16,600 nt of DNA from an uncultured bacterium. Its GTDB lineage: Bacteria; Hydrogenedentota; Hydrogenedentia; Hydrogenedentales; JAEUWI01. Positions 7,372-16,600 of this stretch are shown one piece after another (position 1 is the stretch's first letter; every line of letters starts with the position of its first letter). The stretch lies in the NCBI GenBank assembly GCA_963977445.1, contig CAXBPH010000149.1, positions 1 through 16,600 on the forward strand, given 5' to 3'. The position numbers and the translations under genes are program-made. The notes under the pieces were generated by a model that was not told the DNA's origin, did no database searches, and worked only from the letters and a program-made list of their open reading frames with translations.

Positions 7372-8331
7372 ATGAAGCGTGTGCTTATCACCGGTGTCGC
7401 CGGATTTATCGGTTCTCATCTCGCAGATGCCTTGCTGGCGCGGGGTGATGCGGTGATCGGCGTGGACTGTTTTAACACCTACTATGACCCGGCCATTAAA
7501 CATCGCAATATTGCTGCAGCCCGTGAAAATGAGCGTTTTTCTCTCCATGAAGTAGATATTTGTGACGAAACCGCGTTAAACGGCGTATTTTCTGAGGCCA
7601 AACCCGAGGTCGTGGTACATCTTGCGGCACGGGCGGGTGTTCGGCCATCCCTGGAAGATCCCAACCTGTATCATCGGGTGAATGTGATTGGTGGACAGCA
7701 TATTCTCGATGCCTGTCGTCATCACAAGCCGTCTCACCTGGTATTTGCCTCCAGTTCGTCGGTCTACGGCGGCAGTGTGGACGTACCCTTTCGGGAAAGC
7801 GATCCGGTGATGACGCCGGTGAGCCCCTATGCGGCCACCAAGCGCATGAACGAGTTGCAGGCCCACGTGTATCAACATGTCTACGGCGTGCGGTCGACGA
7901 TGCTTCGTTTTTTCACGGTTTATGGCCCGCGCCAACGGCCCGACATGGCGATTCACAAATTTGTGAAGAGAATTCTGGCTGGGGAGCCCATTCCCATGTT
8001 TGGCGATGGTTCGACCCTGCGGGATTACACCTATATTGATGATATTATCGACGGCGTGGTCCGCTGTGTGGACACCCCCTTTGATTATGAGATTTTTAAT
8101 CTTGGCGAAAGCCATACGACAAGCTTGCGGGAACTCATAACGCTCCTCGAGCAGCATACGGGTAAGACGGCGATCATTGATCGTCAGCCCATGCAGGCCG
8201 GTGACGTGGTGACAACCTATGCCAACGTGGATCACGCACGGGAAAAACTGGGCTATACCCCCCGGTTTACCATGGACGAGGGCATCGCCCGTTTCGTCAC
8301 GTGGTATGGCGAAACCTTTAAAAAACGATAA
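7372..8331 (+). CDS. NAD-dependent UDP-glucuronate (uronate) 4-epimerase-like SDR
   Basis: GVAGFIG Rossmann motif, ASSSSVYG, YAATK catalytic motif and RFFTVYGPRQRPDMA, typical of UDP-GlcA 4-epimerases. Start 7372 (MKRVLITG) lies downstream of GAGAGG; the 7279 extension is unlikely. Confidence 0.85.
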   Translation: MKRVLITGVAGFIGSHLADALLARGDAVIGVDCFNTYYDPAIKHRNIAAARENERFSLHEVDICDETALNGVFSEAKPEVVVHLAARAGVRPSLEDPNLYHRVNVIGGQHILDACRHHKPSHLVFASSSSVYGGSVDVPFRESDPVMTPVSPYAATKRMNELQAHVYQHVYGVRSTMLRFFTVYGPRQRPDMAIHKFVKRILAGEPIPMFGDGSTLRDYTYIDDIIDGVVRCVDTPFDYEIFNLGESHTTSLRELITLLEQHTGKTAIIDRQPMQAGDVVTTYANVDHAREKLGYTPRFTMDEGIARFVTWYGETFKKR

Positions 8332-10312
<1,981 letters not shown>

Positions 10313-10316
<4 letters not shown>

Positions 10317-10819
10317 CGCCTTCGGATCATGCCATTCCGCGCTCCCGCAAGGAAGCTTCGCTGGAAGAATTGGCAACGCTGGCGGACCATTTTCGCCGCC
10401 AGGGTAAAACCATCGTTTGGACCAATGGTTGCTTCGAAATTCTTCATGCCGGGCATATCGACTTTCTCCTGAAGGCCTCCCGGCTGGCTGACGTCTTTAT
10501 TGTGGGGGTCAACAGTGACGCCTCGGTGGCGAAGGTTAAGGGAGAAGGCCACCCCCTCACCCGGGAAGCAGAGCGTCTACTGGTCCTGTCTGCGGTGGAG
10601 TGTGTGGACCATATCACGGTCTTCGACCAACCAGACTGCACCGAATTGTTGCGGGCCCTCCGTCCTGATGTCTACGCCAAGGGTCTCCACCACCTCCATG
10701 GTGGCCTGGACGACGGCGAGCGTCAGGTCATTGAAGCCTCTGGTGGCTGCATCGCCCTCATTGCCGGGGACGTGACCAAGTCTACCTCCGCGCTCATTGA
10801 GCGCATTCGCCGTGGCTAG
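10313..10819 (+). CDS. RfaE2/HldC-like (HldE domain II) sugar-1-phosphate nucleotidyltransferase, cytidylyltransferase superfamily
   Basis: TNGCFEILHAGH (HxGH motif), VGVNSDASV..KG, RPDVYAKG and C-terminal STSALIERI; start 10313 overlaps the rmd stop as ATGA. Confidence 0.85.
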
Positions 10820-10831
10820 GCGTCGTTGACC

Positions 10832-11929
10832 ATGGCATTCGACGGGTCCAATCGAATCCTCCGCTGTCTGGTCGGGATTAACCACCTGCTGCCCGGTGGC
10901 ATTCGACGGGACGAAGCCGAGCGCATCCTCGTTTATCGTATGGGTAATCTCGGGGATATTGTCGTGTCCCTCCCGGCCTTTCACGCATTGCGGAAAAGAT
11001 TCCCCGACGCCCACCTCACCCTCGTCACGTCACCCACCAAACGGGGAGCGCCCGGGGCAGTTGACGTGCTCGCAGCCGATGACACCTTTGATGAATTGAT
11101 TGTCTACTACGAAGACGAATCCTCCCGGCCCTATTTTCTCCGGGGATTGAAGAAACGTCTAACCGATCTCCAGGTCGACCTGGCCGTTCTACTTCCCGAT
11201 GACCGGACCACCGTAAAAAGTCTTGCCAAGCAAATTGCCCTGCTCTCGAGCGCGGGAATTCGGCGTATCGTGGGTGCCCAGGTGGTTGCCTCGGCCGATC
11301 TCACCCGGGGGCAGGTCCCCCGCATCATGGACCTCGTGGGGCCTCTCGGCTGTGACGGCGTCGAGGAATTCCCCTGGATTCAATTTAACAAAGAAGATAG
11401 CGCACACGTCCAGGAACTATTGCCCAACAGCCTGACGGGCCCGCTCATCGGTATGCAATGCGGCGCGAAACGTCCCGCCAACCGCTGGATGGCAGACCGA
11501 TTCGTCGCCCTCGGAAAGCGATTGGTCACCGAATGCAACGCCCACCTGGTATTGACCGGCAGCGACGGTGAAGCGCCCCTGCTGACCTCCATCGCGACGG
11601 GTATCGGCGACGGATGCACCAATCTCGCCGGGGCGACGACCATCCCCCAACTTGCGGCGTTGGCGGCCCGTTGTGATGCATTCGTCTCCAACGATACGGG
11701 CACCATGCATGTGGCGGCGTGCATGGGCACGCCGGTAGTCGCCATTTTTTCTGCCCGCGATCATCCTTATCGCTGGTATCCCTATGGGGAGCAGCACCTT
11801 GTCCTGCGAGACAACCCCACGTGCAGTCCGTGTATGGAAGACACCTGCCCCCTCTACGACGAACCTATCTGCCTGACGGCCCACGATGTGGACACGGTGT
11901 TTAACGCGGTTTTGAAACGGGTGGGCTGA
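10832..11929 (+). CDS. Glycosyltransferase family 9 (ADP-heptose:LPS heptosyltransferase-like)
   Basis: RMGNLGDIVVSLPAFHALRKRFPDAHLT, NLAGATTIPQLAAL, FVSNDTGTMHVAA and C-terminal CSPC..CP..C. Confidence 0.9.
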   Translation: MAFDGSNRILRCLVGINHLLPGGIRRDEAERILVYRMGNLGDIVVSLPAFHALRKRFPDAHLTLVTSPTKRGAPGAVDVLAADDTFDELIVYYEDESSRPYFLRGLKKRLTDLQVDLAVLLPDDRTTVKSLAKQIALLSSAGIRRIVGAQVVASADLTRGQVPRIMDLVGPLGCDGVEEFPWIQFNKEDSAHVQELLPNSLTGPLIGMQCGAKRPANRWMADRFVALGKRLVTECNAHLVLTGSDGEAPLLTSIATGIGDGCTNLAGATTIPQLAALAARCDAFVSNDTGTMHVAACMGTPVVAIFSARDHPYRWYPYGEQHLVLRDNPTCSPCMEDTCPLYDEPICLTAHDVDTVFNAVLKRVG

Positions 11930-11944
11930 TTGGGCCGGTTCTCA

Positions 11945-11974
11945 TTGGCCTGCCCCGCGCCTTCCGTGTAGAAT
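11945..11974 (+). promoter_or_regulatory. Possible internal promoter before the asnB-like gene
   Basis: TTGGCC (11945-11950), 18-bp spacer, TAGAAT (11969-11974), in an 85-bp intergenic gap. Confidence 0.35.
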
Positions 11975-12014
11975 GCCGTGAATTAATTTCTCGCCTCCAA
12001 CGAATGTAGTTCTT

Positions 12015-13958
12015 ATGTGCGGTATCTGCGGAAAACTCAATACAGACGGATCTCAGCCGGTCTCCCCCCAACTCATCGGGGACATGTGCACCGTAATGAC
12101 CCATCGAGGTCCGGATGACCGTGGCACCCACATGGAGGGGCCCGTCGGGCTGGGCCATCGCCGACTGAGTATTATCGATGTGGCCGGTGGCCATCAGCCC
12201 ATTTCCAACGCGGACGATTCACTCTGGATCGTCTTCAACGGAGAAATTTACAACCATCAGGAACTCCGTCATGATCTGGAGGCGAAGGGCTACCGTTACA
12301 AGACCCAGTCGGACACGGAAACCATCCTCCATGCCTATGCGGCATATGGCGCGGACTGTGTGGCCAAACTGCGCGGCATGTTTGCCTTCGCCATCTGGGA
12401 TCGGCGGGATGGCAGTCTGTTTCTTGCCCGAGACCATTTCGGGATAAAGCCGCTCTATTACACGCAGACGAAGGAAGCCTTTCTCTTCGCTTCGGAGATG
12501 AAAGCCCTCTTTCTGGATGACGGGGTGGACGAAACCCTCGATCCCACGGCCATCTATGATTATTTCACCTTCAAATTCATCCCGGGACCGCGAAGTCCCT
12601 TTCTCGCCGTCCAGAAACTACCCCAGGGCCATTGGATGCGCGTTCAAGGGGGTCAGGTAACCCTCCAGCGCTATTGGACCCCCGAAGTTGATGGAATCCT
12701 TCCGGGAACCGAGAACGAGCACCTGGAGGCGCTGGAGGCCCTGCTCCACGACGTGGTGGATGAACAGCGCATGAGTGAAGTGCCGCTGGGCGTATTTTTG
12801 AGCGGGGGCGTGGACTCCACCCTCCTGGCCTTGCTGCACAGCAAGATGAGCGACCAGCCCGTATCCACCTTTTCCATGGGCTTCCATGGTCAACGGGGCT
12901 ACGACGAATCGGATTACGCCCGACAGGCAGCGGCGGCTTGTGGCGCTGCACACCATACCTTTCAATGTGGACCGGAGTCGGTAAGAGACGTGCCGAAGAT
13001 TCTCTGGCATCTGGAAGAGCCCCTGGCAGATGCGGCCATGCTGCCCCTCTACACCTTGTGCCGGGAAGCCGCGAAGCACGTGACCGTGGTTCATTGTGGC
13101 GATGGCGCAGACGAGGCTTTCGGGGGCTACACACGCTTTTACTGGGATGGAATTGCCGCCCAATTCGGCCGGGTGCCGGCCCCCCTCCGAAAAGGCCTTC
13201 TTGCCCCCGCCTTTCGCGCGATGAAGGGCCTCCCCGGCGGCGCGGGTAATCTCGGGCGTCGGGGCGAAAAGTTTTGCGCCTATGCGGGCCTCTCCCCGGC
13301 GTTGCGCTATTTAAATTGGTTCACCATGATTCCCGACGAGACAAAGCACCAACTGCTCCATCCAGATTTGCTCGCGTCGGTGGCCGATCACCGCTCTGGA
13401 CGAATTTTTGAATCCCTCTTTCGACAGGCGCAGGCGATTGGCCTGGACCCCCACAGCCAGCGGCAGTTTTGTGAGCTCCACAATTTCGTTCCCGATGATT
13501 TGATGTTGAAGGCAGATAAACTCGCTATGGCCTCCAGCCTGGAAGGACGCTTCCCCTTTCTCGATCATCGCCTGGTGAGCTTTGGGCTTTCTCTACCGGC
13601 CCATCGCAAATCGAATTCCCGTCACCTCAAGGGATTACTCAAAAAACTTCTTGCCAAACATATGCCCCGAGACTTTGTGTATCGCAAGAAGCAGGGCTTT
13701 GAAGTGCCTACGGGAACCTGGTTCCGCACCCAGCTCAATGAGGAGCTCAAGGATATGGTGAGCGACCTGAGCGCCGATGGGAGTGCCCACCTGAATCCAG
13801 CGTATTTGAAGACCATGATGACCCGCTTGGACGCGGGGGATTCCACCGTCGAACGGCAATGTTTTTCCCTCTATGTTTTTGAGCAATGGCGACGGATATT
13901 TGCCTCGCCCCGGCGGGTGTGTCGTGACTATCTCGCCTCGGAAGCGCAGCGTGGCTGA
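12015..13958 (+). CDS. asnB: Asparagine synthase (glutamine-hydrolysing)-like amidotransferase, probably glycan-modifying
   Basis: N-terminal MCGI (Ntn cysteine), HRGPDD, GHRRLSIID, FNGEIYN, SGGVDS, GDGADE.FGGY, RFPFLDH and RKKQGF. Confidence 0.9.
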   Translation: MCGICGKLNTDGSQPVSPQLIGDMCTVMTHRGPDDRGTHMEGPVGLGHRRLSIIDVAGGHQPISNADDSLWIVFNGEIYNHQELRHDLEAKGYRYKTQSDTETILHAYAAYGADCVAKLRGMFAFAIWDRRDGSLFLARDHFGIKPLYYTQTKEAFLFASEMKALFLDDGVDETLDPTAIYDYFTFKFIPGPRSPFLAVQKLPQGHWMRVQGGQVTLQRYWTPEVDGILPGTENEHLEALEALLHDVVDEQRMSEVPLGVFLSGGVDSTLLALLHSKMSDQPVSTFSMGFHGQRGYDESDYARQAAAACGAAHHTFQCGPESVRDVPKILWHLEEPLADAAMLPLYTLCREAAKHVTVVHCGDGADEAFGGYTRFYWDGIAAQFGRVPAPLRKGLLAPAFRAMKGLPGGAGNLGRRGEKFCAYAGLSPALRYLNWFTMIPDETKHQLLHPDLLASVADHRSGRIFESLFRQAQAIGLDPHSQRQFCELHNFVPDDLMLKADKLAMASSLEGRFPFLDHRLVSFGLSLPAHRKSNSRHLKGLLKKLLAKHMPRDFVYRKKQGFEVPTGTWFRTQLNEELKDMVSDLSADGSAHLNPAYLKTMMTRLDAGDSTVERQCFSLYVFEQWRRIFASPRRVCRDYLASEAQRG

Positions 13959-15441
13959 GGAAATCACACCGACTTCGCCCACCGAGGAAAATGGGATCAC
14001 GTGGGCCTGGGTGGGCTGCGGTCTTGGCCTCCTGACTTGCGGCGCAGCCCTTTCGTGGTTGTCCCGCTCCTTTGTCTATGGCACCGAAATGCTCCACCGA
14101 CCGATCCCACTTCTGATCGGGCTCCTGATGCTTTCTGCGCTGGTCTATTTTGCGGCCATCCATCTCGCTAAAATATCCACCCCCACCCGAAAGCTTGCCT
14201 ATTTTATTTTCGGTGTGGGTGCCCTCATGCGTCTGCTGGTCGCGCCTTCGCTACCGATACTCGAAGATGACTACTACCGCTATTTGTGGGATGGTGGCGT
14301 AACCGCCCAGGGCGTCAATCCGTACACGACTATTCCCGCGGACGTCCAGGCCCGGCGCGATTCGGTGGAAGCGCCCCTCTTGCAACTGGCCGACGACGCA
14401 GGCATCGTTCTGCATCGGGTGAATCATCCCCAATTGGGCACCGTCTACCCCCCGGTGGCCCAGGTGGCCTTCGCGGTGGCCCACTGGATCGCCCCCTGGC
14501 ACCTGGCGGGCCTCCGGCTCCTTTATTACGGGGTGGATTGCATCGCCTTTGGTCTGCTCGTTCTCTTGCTGCGTCAGTTGAAGCAGTCTCCCCTGCTCTC
14601 GCTGATTTACTGGTGGAACCCCCTCCTTGTTGAGGAGGTTTACAACAGTGTCCACATGGACATCCTCCTGGTGCCTTTCTTACTCGGCGTCGTGCTGTTG
14701 GTCCTGCAGGGGCAAATCGGCTGGAGCATGGTACCCCTTGCGCTCGCCACCGCGACCAAGCTATGGCCGGTACTTCTCGTCGTCCCCGTGTTGGCCCTGA
14801 TTGCCCGGGACAAGCGGCGGCTCCTATTGACGACGGGAATTTTCATTATCTTGTCTGGCGCGCTGCTGAGTCCCCTATTGAGCATTCGATCTCTCGGTGA
14901 TGACTCCGGCTTCCTGGCCTATGGCGCTCGGTGGGAAATGAACGACGCCCTCTTCATGGTATTCCCCTGGACAATCTCTACACTCTCGGGGCTCCTATCG
15001 TTCCCTGTAGACCCGGCCCTGGCCCATCGGGGCGGTCGGCTCATCGCTGCGGGGCTCGTGGGTCTGGTGGCCCTCTCTATGGCCTGGCGGGCACACCGCC
15101 TGACCCAGGTAGCCGGTGATGGGTCTATTGCGAACTGGACGCTGGAACATCGCCTCGCGTGGTGTCGTGGGCTATGTTGGATTGTGGCGGCCCTCTTCCT
15201 TCTGAGTCCGACGCAGTTCCCCTGGTATTTCGTGTGGCTCCTGCCCTTCCTTACGATCACCCCCAACCGGGCGCTCCTGGGCCTGACCTTCGTCCTACCC
15301 CTGTATTATCTCCGGTTCTATTTCGATGCCCGTGATATGGTCGATGTATTCCATAACCAGATTGTGTGGCTGGAGTTCGGGCCCATTTTATTATGGCTGC
15401 TCTTCGATGGCTATCGGGCCCGACGGAATCCTGCTCCGTGA
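13951..15441 (+). CDS. Polytopic GT-C-fold glycosyltransferase (DUF2029/GT87-like)
   Basis: Many hydrophobic segments; EDDYYRYLWDG loop, NPY, YPPVAQ, WWNPL, H.D, TKLWP and LLSPTQFPWY. GTG start at 13951 overlaps the asnB stop by 8 bp (start uncertain). Confidence 0.75.
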   Translation: MAEEITPTSPTEENGITWAWVGCGLGLLTCGAALSWLSRSFVYGTEMLHRPIPLLIGLLMLSALVYFAAIHLAKISTPTRKLAYFIFGVGALMRLLVAPSLPILEDDYYRYLWDGGVTAQGVNPYTTIPADVQARRDSVEAPLLQLADDAGIVLHRVNHPQLGTVYPPVAQVAFAVAHWIAPWHLAGLRLLYYGVDCIAFGLLVLLLRQLKQSPLLSLIYWWNPLLVEEVYNSVHMDILLVPFLLGVVLLVLQGQIGWSMVPLALATATKLWPVLLVVPVLALIARDKRRLLLTTGIFIILSGALLSPLLSIRSLGDDSGFLAYGARWEMNDALFMVFPWTISTLSGLLSFPVDPALAHRGGRLIAAGLVGLVALSMAWRAHRLTQVAGDGSIANWTLEHRLAWCRGLCWIVAALFLLSPTQFPWYFVWLLPFLTITPNRALLGLTFVLPLYYLRFYFDARDMVDVFHNQIVWLEFGPILLWLLFDGYRARRNPAP

Positions 15442-15446
15442 CAGTT

Positions 15447-15476
15447 TTGGCTTGGATGCGATGGCTTCGTTATAAT
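15447..15476 (+). promoter_or_regulatory. Putative sigma70 promoter for the sugar ABC operon
   Basis: TTGGCT (15447-15452), 18-bp spacer, perfect TATAAT (15471-15476). Confidence 0.5.
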
Positions 15477-15556
15477 CGCAGGTGAGTTAGAGAGCATCGG
15501 AAGACACCTCCGTCGAAGCACGGCATGGGGTAGTCCGCCGGATTGGGTGTAGGTCT

Positions 15557-16600
15557 ATGGGTGAGTATATTCTTGAAATGCGGGGCGTGACCAAACGCTT
15601 TCCCGGTGTGTTGGCCCTTAACGACGCCCAATTGTCCCTCCGTCCTGCGGAAGTGCATTGCCTCCTCGGTGAAAATGGTGCGGGCAAGTCGACACTCATG
15701 AAAATACTTGCCGGTGCCCAGCCCCTCGACGAGGGGGAAATCCTCATCGATGGCGAGCCAGTCACCATACAATCGCCTCTCCATGCCCAACAGCTGGGCA
15801 TCAGCATGATCTATCAGGAGTTCAATCTGAACCCCTATATGAGCGTGGCCGAAAATATTTTTCTGGGACGGGAACCTTGTCGGGGTCGCACGCCCATCGT
15901 GGATTGGTCCCGCCTGTATGGCGACGCCAGAGACGTCTTAGAACGCATCGGTGTCGAACTGGATGTGCGCCGCCCGGTCCACGAGTTGAGCATCGCCCAG
16001 CAGCAAATGGTGGAAATTGCGAAGGCCCTCTCGATTGACGCCCGCATCATCGTGATGGACGAGCCGTCGGCCACCTTGACGGACCACGAGCTGGACGCCT
16101 TGTTTACGCTGATTCGGACGCTGAAGCAGCAGGGCATTGCCCTGGTCTATATTTCCCATCGCATGGAAGAGATCTTTGCCATTGGAAACCGAGCTACCAT
16201 CATGCGTGACGGCGCCCATATTGTCACCAAGGACCTTTGTGACTTAACCCGTGACGAAATAATTCAAAAGATGGTTGGACGGGAGCTGAAGGACGAATTT
16301 CCCAAAGAAATCTTTGCACCGGGTGAAGAGCGACTACGTGTTGAAGGACTTACCCGTCGGGGACACTTCAGCGATGTGAGCTTCTCCATTCGTACGGGTG
16401 AAATTGTCGGGCTTACCGGCCTCGTGGGTGCAGGGCGGACCGAGGTGGCCCGGGCCATCTTCGGGGCAGACCCCATCGACGGGGGCACCGTATATCTGAA
16501 TGGTGAAGCTGTCACTGTAACCAGCCCCCGGGATGCCATTGCGCGGGGCATTGGACTGCTCACAGAAGACCGCAAGAATCAGGGCTTGGTATTGGGAATG
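15557..16600 (+). CDS. Monosaccharide ABC transporter ATP-binding protein (RbsA/MglA, CUT2 type), 3'-truncated by the window
   Basis: Manual translation gives MGEYILEMRGVTKRFPGVLAL...GENGAGKSTLMKIL...IYQEFNL...LSIAQQQMVEIAKAL...IVMDEPSA...YISHRMEE, then a second domain with GLVGAGRTE and EDRKNQGL; it is open to the window end and therefore absent from the ORF track. Confidence 0.95.
   Translation, partial: MGEYILEMRGVTKRFPGVLALNDAQLSLRPAEVHCLLGENGAGKSTLMKILAGAQPLDEGEILIDGEPVTIQSPLHAQQLGISMIYQEFNLNPYMSVAENIFLGREPCRGRTPIVDWSRLYGDARDVLERIGVELDVRRPVHELSIAQQQMVEIAKALSIDARIIVMDEPSATLTDHELDALFTLIRTLKQQGIALVYISHRMEEIFAIGNRATIMRDGAHIVTKDLCDLTRDEIIQKMVGRELKDEFPKEIFAPGEERLRVEGLTRRGHFSDVSFSIRTGEIVGLTGLVGAGRTEVARAIFGADPIDGGTVYLNGEAVTVTSPRDAIARGIGLLTEDRKNQGLVLGM

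Noticed and set aside
15470..16575. Minus-strand ORFs at the right end
   Set aside because: They are antisense shadows of the + strand sugar ABC ATPase

Overview
GC-rich bacterial DNA with 11 credible protein-coding genes, all on the + strand. (1) 420-5221: a translationally coupled YhaO/YhaN-type pair (Mre11/SbcD-like nuclease plus Rad50/SbcC-like coiled-coil ATPase), with no yhaM downstream and no CXXC zinc hook. (2) 5734-7098: a class-III PLP enzyme resembling PbfA, the (R)-1-hydroxy-2-aminoethylphosphonate ammonia-lyase, with no phnWX in the window. (3) 7372-15441: a surface-glycan cluster encoding a UDP-uronate 4-epimerase, Gmd, an Rmd-like reductase, a divergent RfaE2/HldC-like nucleotidyltransferase, a GT9, an AsnB-like amidotransferase and a GT-C membrane protein. 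(4) 15557 to the window end: a truncated RbsA/MglA-type sugar ABC ATPase that the ORF track misses. Two non-coding regions carry unexplained structure. 1-419 has an exact 25-bp direct repeat and several hairpins. 5222-5733 has a 19-bp inverted repeat closing a 213-nt nested fold (candidate ncRNA, possibly 6S-like) that is overlapped by opposing small ORFs with SD-like motifs. All calls come from reading motifs by eye; no database searches were run.
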